Source: an uncultured Acidobacteriota bacterium
GTDB taxonomy: Bacteria > Acidobacteriota > Polarisedimenticolia > J045
NCBI GenBank assembly: GCA_963702425.1
Contig: CAVPCQ010000012.1
Span: forward strand, 96,001 to 160,000
Length of the DNA stretch: 64,000 nt
Reading direction: 5' to 3'
Shown: piece after piece, positions 21,373-35,143 of the stretch
Numbering within the stretch: position 1 is the first letter of the stretch
Layout: every line of letters begins with the position of its first letter
The notes under the pieces: generated by a model
What the model was told of the DNA's origin: nothing
Seen by the model: the letters and a program-made list of their open reading frames with translations, nothing else
The model's database searches: none
Program-made: the position numbers and the translations under genes

Positions 21373-22523
21373 AGCGCGCGCTCGAGCGCCTCGGCCAGCT
21401 CGCCGTCGGTGAGCGGAAGCGGGTTGCCCTGCATGCTGCTGGCGCGCTGCGCCCGGGCGATCAGCTCGCCGAATGCGGCGCGCGTCAAACCGAAGGCCCC
21501 CAGCCGCGGGATGTCGAACTCCTCGACCAGCGCGCGCAGGGACTCCACCGCGTCCGCCGCGAGCGCTTCCGGATCGCCGGTCAGGAGCCGCGCCAGTTCG
21601 TCGTAGCGGGCCCTCGCGAGCGATGCCGGGTCACGCGCCGCCAGCGCGCGCGCGTTGACGGCCACGATCTCCGGCAGCAGCCGCGCGCAGGCCACCCCGT
21701 GCGGTGCGGGGACGATCCCGCCGAGCGGCGCGGCGAGCCCGTGGACCGCACCGAGCCGCGCGTTCGCCAGGGCGAGCCCTCCGAAGAGCGCGGCCAGCGC
21801 CATCTCCTCGCGCGCCGCGAGGTCGGAGCCGGTGGCGACGGCGCGGCGCAGCGCGCGCGGGACGCGCGGGATCGCCTCGCGGGCCAGGGCGTCGGTGAGC
21901 GGGTTGGCGGCGTTCGAGACGAACGGCTCGACGAGTTGCGTGAGCGCGTCGAGCCCGGTCGAGGCGGTCACGGCCGGGGAAACGCCGACGGCCAGCTCGG
22001 GATCGACGATCGCGACGCGGGGGAGCATCGCCTCGTGCCGCAGGCTCACCTTGACACGGCGCTCCGGAACCGCGAGCACGGCGTTGCGTGTCACCTCGCT
22101 TCCGGTCCCGGCCGTGGTCGGGATCGCGATCACCGGGAGCGGCGGCCGCTCGAGCGGCCGACCTTCCCCGACGACCTCCAGGTAGCGCAGCGGATCGCCG
22201 TCGTTGGCGGCGAGCGCGGCGATCGCCTTCGCCGCGTCGAGCGCGCTCCCGCCGCCGAGGCCCAGCACGACCGCGGCGCCGTGATCGCGCGCCGCGGACG
22301 CCCCGTCCGACGCGAGCCCGATCGTCGGCTCGGTCGGCACGCCGAAGACCGCGGCCTCGATTCCCCGCTCGGCGAGTGCCGCGAGGAGCGGTGCGGCCCG
22401 AGTGGTATCGCGCCCGGTCACGACCAGCGCGCGGCGCCCGAACGCCGCTGCCGCCGCCGGCGCCTCGGCGAGGCTGCCGCGCCCGAAGACGATCCGCCCG
22501 GCGCTGGCGAACGCGAAGCGCAC
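21369..22523 (-). CDS. Iron-containing alcohol dehydrogenase
   Basis: GGGSALDAAK, IPTTAGTGSEVT, GLDALTQ, GAVHGLA and PHG motifs. Confidence 0.93.
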   Translation of the reverse strand: MRFAFASAGRIVFGRGSLAEAPAAAAAFGRRALVVTGRDTTRAAPLLAALAERGIEAAVFGVPTEPTIGLASDGASAARDHGAAVVLGLGGGSALDAAKAIAALAANDGDPLRYLEVVGEGRPLERPPLPVIAIPTTAGTGSEVTRNAVLAVPERRVKVSLRHEAMLPRVAIVDPELAVGVSPAVTASTGLDALTQLVEPFVSNAANPLTDALAREAIPRVPRALRRAVATGSDLAAREEMALAALFGGLALANARLGAVHGLAAPLGGIVPAPHGVACARLLPEIVAVNARALAARDPASLARARYDELARLLTGDPEALAADAVESLRALVEEFDIPRLGAFGLTRAAFGELIARAQRASSMQGNPLPLTDGELAEALERAL

Positions 22524-22591
22524 GGTTCAGCCCCGACCTCCTCGGGGCGCAGGATACGCGATCGGGCCCCCCTCGGTGCTACCCTTCCGCC

Positions 22592-23353
22592 ATGCAGGTC
22601 GTGCCGCTCCCGGCGTTCTCCGACAACTACGTCTACGCGCTCGTGGACGGAACGGGCCGCCGCGCCGCGGTGGTCGATCCCGGCGACGCGGCGCCGGTGC
22701 TCGCGCTGCTCGAGCGCGATCGGCTGTCGCTCGAGGCGATCCTGCTGACGCACCACCACGGCGACCACGTCGGCGGCGTCGACGAGATAAGGCGCCGGCA
22801 CCCGGGCACCCGCGTCGCCGGCGCGGCCGGCGACCGGGCGCGGCTCCCCGCGCTGACGGAGACGGTCGGCGAGGGCGACCGCGTCGCGCTGCTCGGCTGC
22901 GAGGCCGCGGTGATCGAGGTCCCGGGGCACACCCGCGGCCACATCGCGTACTTCGTTCCCGGCGCGGCGGGCGGCGGCGACCTCTTCTCCGGCGACACGA
23001 TCTTCGGCGGAACGATCGGCAACCTGTTCGAGGGGACCCCGGACGAGATGTTCGACTCGCTGCAGAAGCTGCGCGCGCTCCCGCCGGCGACACGGATCTG
23101 GTGCGCGCACGAGTACACGCTGGCCTACGTCCGCGAGGCGGCGCGCTTCGACCCGGCCAACGCGCGCCTGGTCGAGCGGCTGCGCGCGCTCGAGCGCCGC
23201 GCGGCGGCCGGCGACCCGGTCACGGTGCCGCTGACGCTCGAGGAGGAGCGCGCCACCAACCCGTTCTTCCGCTGGGACGACCCCGACATGCTCGCGCGCC
23301 TCGGCACGCCGCCCGGCCGCCCGGCCTTCCGCCGGCTCTGCGAGCTGCTGTAG
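22592..23353 (+). CDS. gloB: Hydroxyacylglutathione hydrolase (glyoxalase II)
   Basis: DNYVY, THHHGDHVGG, PGHTRGHI, GDTIF, CAHEYT and ERATNPF motifs. Confidence 0.9.
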   Translation: MQVVPLPAFSDNYVYALVDGTGRRAAVVDPGDAAPVLALLERDRLSLEAILLTHHHGDHVGGVDEIRRRHPGTRVAGAAGDRARLPALTETVGEGDRVALLGCEAAVIEVPGHTRGHIAYFVPGAAGGGDLFSGDTIFGGTIGNLFEGTPDEMFDSLQKLRALPPATRIWCAHEYTLAYVREAARFDPANARLVERLRALERRAAAGDPVTVPLTLEEERATNPFFRWDDPDMLARLGTPPGRPAFRRLCELL

Positions 23354-23376
23354 GGGCCGCCCTCCGTGGCGGCCCG
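23350..23376 (+). repeat. REP-like palindrome overlapping the gloB stop
   Basis: GTAGGGGCCGCCCTCCGTGGCGGCCCG, a compensatory variant of the family. Confidence 0.7.
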
Positions 23377-23392
23377 ACGGGCGTGCGAAAGC

Positions 23393-23818
23393 TCAACGCC
23401 CTCCGCGGCCCCGGCCGAGGCGCGCGCGGGAGACCGCGTAGGCGACCCAGAACGCCACGCCGGCTGCCAGGAGCAGGGACGCCAGCGCCGGCGAGCGGCG
23501 CCAGATGAAGAACTCGAATCCCGTGCCGCTGCCCGCCACGAACGAGAACGGTAGGCCGGTGAGGAAGATCGCGAGCGCCAGCAGCCACGACTGGCGCCGC
23601 AGCTGCCGGCGCGTCGCGTCGAGCACTTCGCGCTCGTGGCCGGGTCTCGGCTGGACCGGGACCGGGCGGACGAGTTCGTCCCGCAGGCGCTCGGCCTCCC
23701 GAGCCAGCTCCGGATCGCCCGCCAGGAACTCCTCGACGAGCGCGCGCGTGTCCGCGCTCGCTTCGCCCGCGAGGTAGCTCGGCAGGAGATCGTTGACGAC
23801 GTCCTTCGTGACCTTCAT
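23393..23818 (-). CDS. Putative anti-sigma factor (zf-HC2-like N-terminus, 2 TM helices)
   Basis: VVNDLLPSYLAGEASADTRALVEEFL; overlaps the stop of the ECF sigma gene. Confidence 0.8.
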   Translation of the reverse strand: MKVTKDVVNDLLPSYLAGEASADTRALVEEFLAGDPELAREAERLRDELVRPVPVQPRPGHEREVLDATRRQLRRQSWLLALAIFLTGLPFSFVAGSGTGFEFFIWRRSPALASLLLAAGVAFWVAYAVSRARLGRGRGGR

Positions 23819-24351
23819 CGGCGTTCTCCGTCTCCGGCGCGCGCGCCGGCGCGCCGCCGGGCCAGCTTGAGCCGGGCGCGGTGCACCTTGACCTTCGCCG
23901 CGGTGACCGACGTGCCCAGCGTCGCGGCGATCTCTTCGTAGGGCAGCTCGTGGAACGCGCGCATCAGGAGCGCGGCGCGCTCGTCCTCGGCCAGTTCACC
24001 CAGCGCCGCGAGCACGGCGCGCAGCTCGTCGCGCCCCTCGGCGATCGCCGCCGGCCCCGGACCCGGGTCGTGCCACGCCCCGCCGTCGAGCGCCTCGTGC
24101 GGCGCGCGGCGCCGCGCGTGCAGGTGCAGGTTCCGGGCAATCGTGAAGAGGTAGCCCTTCACGGTCGCGGCGTCGACCCGCGCGGCCGCGGTGAAGACGC
24201 GCACGAAGGTCTCGGACGCGATGTCCTCGGCCTCTGCCGCGTTGCCGCAGAGGTAGAGCGCGAAGCGGTAGACATCCGCCCCGTAGCGCCGGTAGAGCTC
24301 GGCCGGGTCGATCGTCGCGCTCAGACGAAGCTCCGCTTTCGCGCATACCAT
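23815..24351 (-). CDS. ECF RNA polymerase sigma-70 factor
   Basis: LYRRYGADVYRFA, AEDIASETFVRV, YLFTIARN and YEEIAATLG..VKVHRAR motifs (start uncertain). Confidence 0.88.
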   Translation of the reverse strand: MVCAKAELRLSATIDPAELYRRYGADVYRFALYLCGNAAEAEDIASETFVRVFTAAARVDAATVKGYLFTIARNLHLHARRRAPHEALDGGAWHDPGPGPAAIAEGRDELRAVLAALGELAEDERAALLMRAFHELPYEEIAATLGTSVTAAKVKVHRARLKLARRRAGARAGDGERR

Positions 24352-25031
24352 GCCACGGCCGCCGCGCCCACGGCGAGCGTGAAGGCGGCCGCGCAGGCCG
24401 TGGCGAGCATCCGTTCGGGGCCGCCCTGCAGGACCCGTTTGAGGAATGTCGCCACCGCCGGGCTTCGGCTCGCCGCCAACCCCAGCCCGTTGCCCGCGAC
24501 GAGCATCGTCGCGAAGGACGCCGCCATCGTGGCCCCGGTCGACTCGCTCGCCACGGCCACGGCGAGCGGCACGGCGACGGCCGCGAGCCAGCTGGTCACG
24601 ACGAGCGCCAGCCACCCCGCCCAGCCGGCCGCGATCGCCAGCGGCCCCGCACCCGCTTCGCGCGCCAGGCGCGCCGCATCGACCGGCGAGAGGGCGCCGA
24701 TCACTCCCGCCAGCACGGTCGCCGCCGGCGCCGCGAGGACGAGCGTCGCGATGACCTTCGCCGCGGCGTGCTCGGCGGACGTGACCGGCAGGGCGAGCAG
24801 GAACGGCAGCGTCCGGCGCTCGCGCTCGCCGAGCGCGGCGACGAAGACGAGGTGGAACGCGGAGCCGATCGCCGCGCACAGCGCGAGCGAGAGGCCGACA
24901 CTGCGCGCGGACGCCAGCGGCAGCGCGGCGAGCGCGGCGGCCGACGCAGCGGCGATCCCGTAGAGCAAGACCGCCGTGCGGTGGAGCGAGAGGTCCTTGC
25001 GCACGAGCCGCACCACGCGGCGCGGGCTCAC
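24321..25031 (-). CDS. ABC-2 type transporter permease
   Basis: LVRKDL N-terminus, ERERRTLPFLLALPV..AAKV motif, multiple TM helices. Confidence 0.75.
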   Translation of the reverse strand: MSPRRVVRLVRKDLSLHRTAVLLYGIAAASAAALAALPLASARSVGLSLALCAAIGSAFHLVFVAALGERERRTLPFLLALPVTSAEHAAAKVIATLVLAAPAATVLAGVIGALSPVDAARLAREAGAGPLAIAAGWAGWLALVVTSWLAAVAVPLAVAVASESTGATMAASFATMLVAGNGLGLAASRSPAVATFLKRVLQGGPERMLATACAAAFTLAVGAAAVAWYARKRSFV

Positions 25032-25471
25032 GCGGCCGCCCGCGCCGGGTCCGCGAGCCGGCCGCCGTCGAGCGCCACGACGCGCCCGGCGAGCTGCCAG
25101 GCGGGGTCGAGCCCGAATGCCTCCGCGAGGCCCCGGGCCCGTGCCGCGTCCCAGCGCGGGACGAGCGAGGCGACCAGCTCGATGTGCCAGCGCAGCGTCG
25201 CCGCCGCGTACAGGGCGGCATCCTCGGTGACGAGGGCGACCCGCTCGCGCGCTGCCACCGCGTCCCGCGGCAGGAGCGCACCGGCGATCTGCACCTGCCC
25301 CTGGTCGGCGCGCACCAGCCCGGCTGCCAGGCGCAGCAGGGTCGACTTGCCGGAGCCGTTGGAACCGGCCAGCGCCACCGACTCGCCGGGCAGGACCTCG
25401 AGGTCGAGCGGTCCGAAGGTGAACGACGGGTAGCGCCGCACGACGCCGTCGAATTGCAGGATGGGCCGCAT
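25028..25471 (-). pseudogene. ABC ATP-binding protein with in-frame internal deletion
   Basis: Walker A GSNGSGKST is present, but only 147 aa; the signature motif, Walker B and H-loop are absent between FGLDP and LAGRVVALDGGR. Confidence 0.7.
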
Positions 25472-25545
25472 CGGTCGAGTTCCTCCCGGCCGGCGACGCG
25501 TTCCGCGCCGGGCCTCGGAGGATCTATCCGCGAGACCGCCCGCGG

Positions 25546-26694
25546 TTACACCAGTCCCGCCAACCGCCGCGCCAGACGCGCCACCCCTTCCGCGAAGGTC
25601 GCCTCGTCGGGCAGCAGGCTGAGCACCAGCCAGCCGTCGCCGGGGAGGTCGTAGAACCAGCCGGGCTGGACGAGCACCCGCTCCTCCTCCAGCAGTGCCA
25701 GCGCCAGATCCTCGCTCGCGACGACCGACGGGTAGCGCAGCACCGCCGACCACCCGCCCTGCGGCTCGACCAGCGCTACCGCGGGCAGCGGTGCGAGGGC
25801 CTCCCGCAGCAGCGCGAGGTGGGCCCGGCAGCGCGCGAGGATCGCCTCCCGCACCGGGCGCGCCGCGGCGAACAGCTCGGCCAGCGCCGCCGCGACCGGC
25901 GTCGCCACCGGGAGGTAGCAGTCGGCCACGAACGCGAGCCGCTCGAGCGCGGCGCGGCGCGCCGGCTCCGGCCCCGAGACCTGCGTCCAGGCCAGCTTCA
26001 GCTGCGGCAGGCCGGCCGACTTCGACAGGCCGCCCAGCGTGAAGGTCAGTGCCTCTCTCGTCCCGGCGAAGCTCCGCGGCACCCGCGCCGGATCGAGCGG
26101 ATAGTCGAGGAAGACCTCGTCGACGATCAGCGCGATCCCGTGGCGGGCGCACCACGCGATCGTCCGCTCCGCGGCCTCGTCGTCGAGGTACGAGCCGGTC
26201 GGGTTGTTGGGATGGACCGCCACGACGGCCTTCGCCCCCGGCGGTGGCTCGGCGGGGAGCAGGGGCTGGAAGCCGTGCTCGCGGTCGAGCCGGTAGGAGA
26301 CCGCGCGCACCCCTTCCAGCGCGGCGAGGTGTTCGAAGAGCGGGTAGGACGGGGCCGGGAACAGGACCGCCTCGCCGGGATCGCACAGCAGCTTGAAGAG
26401 CAGCGCGTAGGCCTCGCTGGTCGAGGCGGTCAGCACGATCGACGCCGGGTCGGCCGGGCGCCCGAGGCGCGCGCACTCGTCGGCAACCGCCGCGCGCGCG
26501 GCCGGGAGGCCGCACGGGTCGGGGTCGTAGTCGAGGCCGCGGGGATCGGCGAGCGGCCGCAGCAGCCCCTCCGGATAGGCGATGCCGGCACGGGTCGGGT
26601 TCGAGAGGGTCAGATCGAAGAGGGGGGGAAGATCCGCGCGCCGGCGGGCCAGCCGGTTGGGGGCCAGGTCGTGCGGCAACCGGCGCGAGAACAT
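25546..26694 (-). CDS. PLP-dependent aminotransferase class I/II
   Basis: LTLSNPT, PSYPLF, PNNPTG, DEVFLDY and GLSKSAGLPQLKL motifs. Confidence 0.92.
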   Translation of the reverse strand: MFSRRLPHDLAPNRLARRRADLPPLFDLTLSNPTRAGIAYPEGLLRPLADPRGLDYDPDPCGLPAARAAVADECARLGRPADPASIVLTASTSEAYALLFKLLCDPGEAVLFPAPSYPLFEHLAALEGVRAVSYRLDREHGFQPLLPAEPPPGAKAVVAVHPNNPTGSYLDDEAAERTIAWCARHGIALIVDEVFLDYPLDPARVPRSFAGTREALTFTLGGLSKSAGLPQLKLAWTQVSGPEPARRAALERLAFVADCYLPVATPVAAALAELFAAARPVREAILARCRAHLALLREALAPLPAVALVEPQGGWSAVLRYPSVVASEDLALALLEEERVLVQPGWFYDLPGDGWLVLSLLPDEATFAEGVARLARRLAGLV

Positions 26695-26699
26695 GCGCT

Positions 26700-26706
26700 T
26701 ATGCTA
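26700..26706. promoter_or_regulatory. Overlapping divergent -10 boxes (bidirectional leaderless promoter)
   Basis: TATGCT(+) lies 7 nt before GTG 26713; TAGCAT(-) lies 6 nt before ATG 26694; no SD on either side. Confidence 0.6.
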
Positions 26707-26712
26707 GCGCCC

Positions 26713-29692
<2,980 letters not shown>

Positions 29693-29777
29693 ACGGTCGG
29701 CACGGCCCGGGGCGCCGCGCTATCCTCTCCGGTCTGCGGCCCGTCCGGCCGCAGCCGCCCGATCGAAGGAGAGTCCG

Positions 29778-31608
29778 ATGACCCCGTCCCACGCCCGTTT
29801 CGTCCGCCGCACCAGCGTCGGCCTCGCGCTGGCCGCACTCGCCGTCTGCGCCGCAGGATGGACCGCGGCCGCGGCACCCCCCGCGACCGCCCCCGCCGCA
29901 ACCGCACCGGCCGCCGCCGCGCAGGTGAAGGTCGAGAGCTTCACCCTCGACAACGGCCTGACCTTCCTGCTGGTCCGGAAGCCCGAGCTGACCACCGTTG
30001 CCGCCGGCTGGGTGGCGCACGTCGGCTCCGCCAACGAGCGCCCCGGGATCACCGGCCTGACCCACCTGTTCGAGCACATGATGTTCAAGGGTTCGCGCAC
30101 GATCGGGACGACCAACATCGAGCGCGACCTGCAGATCATCGGCGAGCAGGAGCAGTTGCAGGAGCAGATCCGCGCGCTCTACGCCCGGCAGCAGGACCGC
30201 TGGCGCGCCGGCGAGATCGAGGACCCGTTCGACCCGGCGAGCCGCCCGCCCGAGCTGGTCGAGCTGGAGAAGAAGTTCCAGGCGCTGGTCGACGAGCAGC
30301 GCGCGCTGATGGTCAAGGACGAGTTCGACAAGGTCTACACCGAAGCCGGCGGCTCGGGCATGAACGCCTTCACCAACAACGACATGACGGTCTACTTCAT
30401 CACCGTGCCGGCGAACAAGCTCGAGCTCTGGTTCTGGATGGAGTCGGATCGCCTGTTCTACCTGGTGCCGCGCGAGTTCTACTCCGAGCGCGACGTGGTC
30501 ATGGAGGAGCGCCGGCTGCGTACCGAGTCGACCCCGACCGGGAAGTTCGACGAGCAGTTCGAGTCGCTGATCTGGCAGTCGCATCCCTACGGCTGGCCGG
30601 TCGTCGGCTGGCCCTCGGACCTGAAGGTGATCTCGAAGAAGCAGGCCGAGGACTACTACAAGACCTACTACTCCCCCTCCAACATCACCGTCGCGATGGT
30701 CGGCAACTTCGAAACGGCGCAGGTCAAGGCGCTGGCCCAGAAGTACTTCGGGCGCGTCACGGAAAAGTCCCCGCCGCCCCCGCCGGTCGTCACGCAGGAG
30801 ATGCCGCAGCTCGCCGAGCAGCGGATGATCGCCGAGTGCGACTGCCAGCCGCAGGTCCAGGTCGCGTACCAGACCGTCCCCTTCATGCACAAGGACTCCT
30901 ACCCGCTCGACGTGCTGGCCGGGCTGCTCAACGGACGGACGGGGCGGCTGTACAAGACGATGGTCCTCGGGGACGAGATTGCGACCTCGGCCAGCGCGAA
31001 CCAGGACTCGCGCAAGTGGGCCGGCGTCTTCACCTTCTCCGCCGAGACCAAGGGCGACGGCACGCCCGAGGATCTCGAGCAGGCGTGGTACGCGGAGGTG
31101 AAGAGGATCCAGGAGCAGCCGATCCCGGCCGAGGAGCTGCAGAAGGTCAAGAACCAGATCGCGGCCGACGCCTTCCGGCGGCTGGAAAACCCGTTCTTCC
31201 TGATGGTCCAGCTCCTCTACTACGAGGGGCTCGGCGACTGGCGCTATCTCAACGGCTGGGCCGACCGCACGCTGGCCGTGACCGCGGACGACGTGAAGCG
31301 CGTCGCCACGACCTACCTCACCAGGGAGAACCGGACCGCTGGCGTCTACACCCGCAAGGCGGGGAGCGCGGCCGAGCCGATGCCGCCGGCGCTCGAGGGC
31401 CTGCCGCCGGAGGTCCAGCAGGGGATCATGGGACAGGTCAAGAAGGTCAAGGACGGAGACCGACGCCGCGCGCCTCGAGCAGGCACTGGCGCAGGTTCAG
31501 CAGCAGGCCGGCCAGGTCCCGCCCGAGTTCAAGAAGGCGCTGGAGTACGTGCAGCAGGCGATCGAGGGCCGTCTCGCGGAGCTCGAGGCGGCGGGAGGTG
31601 TCCAGTGA
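29778..31608 (+). CDS. M16 (pitrilysin) zinc peptidase, catalytic subunit (frameshift near 31452)
   Basis: Signal peptide; HLFEH (HxxEH), NAFT, ESDR and ERDVVMEERR motifs; removing one G restores a helical C-tail ending at TGA 31608. Confidence 0.88.
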
Positions 31609-33113
31609 GGACGATGACGAAGATCCTGGCCGCGGTCGCCGCAGTCGCCGCCCTGGCGGTCCCCGCCGCACCGGCCCAGTCGACGGAGGTCGCCCGGCAC
31701 CCCCGCGACCTCAAGTACGGCCCGCTCAAGTTCGAGACGCCCGATCCTGCCAAGTACAGCTTCAAGCTGAAGAACGGCCTCTCGGCCTGGGTCGCGGAGG
31801 ACTTCTCGCTGCCGCTCGTGAACGTCTCGATCAAGGTCCGCGCGGGGCAGTTCCTGGCGGCCGACCGGCCGGGGCTGGCCGGCATGACCGGGTCGATGAT
31901 GCGCAAGGGGGGTGCGGGCGACCTCACCGCCGAACAGTTCGACGAGCGCGCCGACTTCCTGGCCGCCGAGATCGGCAGCTACGCCGGCGAGACCGAGGCC
32001 GGCGTCAGCATGAACTGCATCGTCCCCCAACTCGACGCCTGCCTCGACCTGATGTTCTCGATGCTCCGCTCGCCGCGCTTCCAGGAGGACCGGCTCACGG
32101 TCGAGAAGGACCAGGTGCTGGAGTCGATGAAGCAGCGCAACGACGACGCGCAGACGATCCTCTCGCGCGAGTGGGGCTGGCTGCTTTACGGCGACAAGGC
32201 CTTCACGGCGCGCAAGGCGACGAAGGCCGAACTCGACGCCGTCACGCGCGAGGACCTGGTCGCCTTCCACCGGCAGTGGTGGCGCCCCGAGCCGGGGAAC
32301 ATGATCGTGACCGCGTCCGGCGCCGTGAAGGCGAAGGAGATCATCGCCAGGCTCGACCAGCGCTTCGCCGGCTGGGCGCCGACCGGCCCGAAGGTCCGTG
32401 GCCGCCGGCGCTCCCGGCCCACGCCTTCAAGCCCGGGCTATATCACGTGGAGAAGGACATCCCGCAGGCGAAGGTCCTGATCGGCCAGCGCGCGCATCCA
32501 GTGGGACCCCAAGTGGGAGAACCCGGACGCCTACGCGCTGCAGGTGATGAACGACATCCTCGGGGGCGGCGGCTTCACCTCGCGGATCACCAAGCGGGTG
32601 CGCTCCGACGAGGGGCTGGCCTACAGTGCCGGCTCGTCGCTCGGGATCGGCAACTACTGGCCCGGCAGCTTCTCGATCTTCTTCCAGACCAAGAGCCCCA
32701 CCGTGGCCTACGCCTCGAAGATCGCGCTCGACGAGGTCCGGTCGGTCCAGGAGAAGGGGGTCAGCGCCGAGGAGATGGCGACCAGCAAGAACCAGTTCGT
32801 CGAGACCTTCCCGCAGAACTTCGAGTCGCCCGCCGACATCGTCGGGATCTTCGCGGCCGACGAGTACATCGGCCGCCCGCACGCCTACTGGCCGAAGTAC
32901 CGCGAGGCGATCGGCAAGGTGACGGCGGCCGACGTGCAGCGGGTGGCCAGGCAATACCTGAAGCCCGAGGAGATGGCCTTCCTCGTCGTCGGCAAGTGGG
33001 CCGAGATCGAGAAGGGTGACGCCGACGGCAAGGCCTCGATGCAGCAGTTCTTCGGCGGCAAGGCGACCGCGCTCCCGCTGCGCGACCCGCTCACGCTGCA
33101 GCCGCAGAAATAA
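31605..33113 (+). CDS. M16 peptidase non-catalytic partner subunit (frameshifts near 32397 and 32492)
   Basis: GTGA overlap with the upstream gene; no HxxEH; GGGGFTSRITKRVRSDEGLAYS motif; coding signal switches frame twice. Confidence 0.85.
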
Positions 33114-33114
33114 C

Positions 33115-33189
33115 CGTAGGGGCCGGCCTCCGTGCCGGCCCGCACCACCCCAGCCACCGTTCGGGCCGGCACGGAGGCCGGCCCCTACG
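33115..33189. repeat. Inverted REP doublet (REPIN-like)
   Basis: CGTAGGGGCCGGCCTCCGTGCCGGCCCG and its exact reverse complement, between convergent genes. Confidence 0.85.
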
Positions 33190-34435
33190 ATTCCCCGCGC
33201 GAGACGACGACGGCGACCGCCAGGTCGCCCGTGACGTTGAGCGTCGTGCGGCACATGTCGAGGAACCGATCGACCCCCAGGATCACGCCGATCCCCTCGG
33301 GCGGCACCCCCACCATCCCCAGGATCATCGCCACGACCGGCAGCGAGCCGGCGGGAACCCCCGCCGTCCCGATCCCCCCGAGGATCGCGACGAAGCTGAC
33401 CAGCACCTGCTGCGCCAGCGTCAGCTCGACGCCGTAGAACTGGGCCAGGAACAGCACCGTCACCCCCTCGTAGAGCGCGGTGCCGTTCTGGTTGGCGGTC
33501 GAGCCGATCGTCAGCACGAAGCGGCTGACTCGCGCCGGGAGGTGCAGCTCCGCCTCCGCGACCCGCAGCGCGGTCGGAAGTGTGGCGTTGCTCGAGGCGG
33601 TCGAGAAGGCGGTCAGCATCGCCTCCTCGCTCCCCTTGAAGAAGGTCCGCGGGCTCATCCCGCCGCCGAACTTGACCATCGCCGAGTAGACCACCACCAG
33701 CTGGATCGCGAGCGCCAGCACGACCACGCCGACATACCGCGCCAGCTGCCCGAGGACCGCGTAACCCAGCTGGGCCGCCAGCACGAACAGCAGCGCCGCC
33801 ACGCCATACGGCGCGAGCCGGATGACCCAGCCGATCAGGGTCATCGTCACGTCGTAGAGCCCCTGGATCACCTCGAGCAGGCGCCGCGCCCCGTCGCTCT
33901 TCGCCGCGGACAGGCCGATGCCGAACAGCAGCGAGAAGACCATCACCGCGAGCATGTCGCCGTTGGCCGCTGCCCGGAGCGGGTTGTCGGGGACCATCTG
34001 GATCAGCAGGTCGAGGCCGCCGCGCGGGCCGGTCGCGGCGGGGAGCGCCGCGCTGCGCTGGGCGGCGTCCTCGAGCAGCCGCGCGCGCGTGGCCTCGGGG
34101 AGTCCGGCCCCCGGCTGAAGCAGGTTGACGAGCGTGACGCCGATCGCCACCGCGACGGTCGAGGCGACGACCGTCACCGCGAGCGTCTTGAGGCCGACGC
34201 GGCCGACGTGCCTCACGTCGCCGAGCTCGGCCACGCCAAGCACGAGCGACGAGAAGACGAGCGGCAGGACGAGCATGAAGAGCAGCCGCAGGAAGACCTG
34301 GCCGACCGGCTGCGCGACATAGCGGATCGACGCGTCGAGGGCCGGGGTCCCGGCGAGCAGCAGGTTCGCCGCGACCCCCAGCGCCAGCCCGATCGTGGCG
34401 CCGACGAGCATCCGGACGTGCAGCGGCAGCGCCAT
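33185..34435 (-). CDS. Dicarboxylate/amino acid:cation symporter (GltP/DctA family)
   Basis: FSTASSNATLP, ANQNGTALYE and GVDRFLDMCRTTLNVTGD motifs. Confidence 0.93.
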   Translation of the reverse strand: MALPLHVRMLVGATIGLALGVAANLLLAGTPALDASIRYVAQPVGQVFLRLLFMLVLPLVFSSLVLGVAELGDVRHVGRVGLKTLAVTVVASTVAVAIGVTLVNLLQPGAGLPEATRARLLEDAAQRSAALPAATGPRGGLDLLIQMVPDNPLRAAANGDMLAVMVFSLLFGIGLSAAKSDGARRLLEVIQGLYDVTMTLIGWVIRLAPYGVAALLFVLAAQLGYAVLGQLARYVGVVVLALAIQLVVVYSAMVKFGGGMSPRTFFKGSEEAMLTAFSTASSNATLPTALRVAEAELHLPARVSRFVLTIGSTANQNGTALYEGVTVLFLAQFYGVELTLAQQVLVSFVAILGGIGTAGVPAGSLPVVAMILGMVGVPPEGIGVILGVDRFLDMCRTTLNVTGDLAVAVVVSRGES

Positions 34436-34546
34436 CCCTCGCCTCCCGGCCGGCGGGGACTTTACCTCGGATCGTCCTCGAAGGGTCGGAGCGACGGCAA
34501 CGCACAAGAATCGCCCGACGGCGCCCGGTATCGCTCCGCGCCCGCG

Positions 34547-34975
34547 TCAGTTGTGGCGCATCCTCGCGCAGGCCTCGCAGAGCCCGGTCAGCTCGACCCG
34601 GGCCCGCTCGATCGCGAAGTTCTGCATCCGGATCTTGTCGACGCAGCGGTGGAACTCCGGCAGCGCCTCCACGTCGACGATCCGGTTGCAGGCGCGACAG
34701 CGGGCGTGGAAGTGCTCGTCGACGCGGGACTCGAAGTGCGCCGTCCCGTCGCCTCCGGTCACCCTCTGCGCCACGCCCGACTCGACGAGCGACTCGAGCG
34801 CCTTGTACACGGTCGCCAGGCTGATCCGCGGCAACTCCTCGCGGACCGAGTGGAAGACGTCTTCCGCCGTGGGATGACCGTGCAGCGTTTCGAGATGCTC
34901 GTAGACGGCCCGTCGTTGTCGGGTGGACCGAAACCCGGCCTGTTCGAGAACCTGATCGAAACCCAGTTCCGGCAT
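34547..34975 (-). CDS. Fur family transcriptional regulator (PerR-like)
   Basis: HPTAEDV, ISLATVYKAL, HFHARCRAC and CEAC motifs. Confidence 0.9.
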   Translation of the reverse strand: MPELGFDQVLEQAGFRSTRQRRAVYEHLETLHGHPTAEDVFHSVREELPRISLATVYKALESLVESGVAQRVTGGDGTAHFESRVDEHFHARCRACNRIVDVEALPEFHRCVDKIRMQNFAIERARVELTGLCEACARMRHN

Positions 34976-35143
34976 GGGTCCTCCTCCCTGCCCGAACTGC
35001 CCCCCAGTCGGCCGGCGAGTTCTCTCGCCGAGGAAGACCGTACGCCCGACCCGGGTCGGGAATCAACGCCAACACGGGATTTTTCTCGATTAGTCGTGCC
35101 GAGGCGTCCCGCCCCCGTCGAGGCGCCTTACGGCGCGGGGCGG

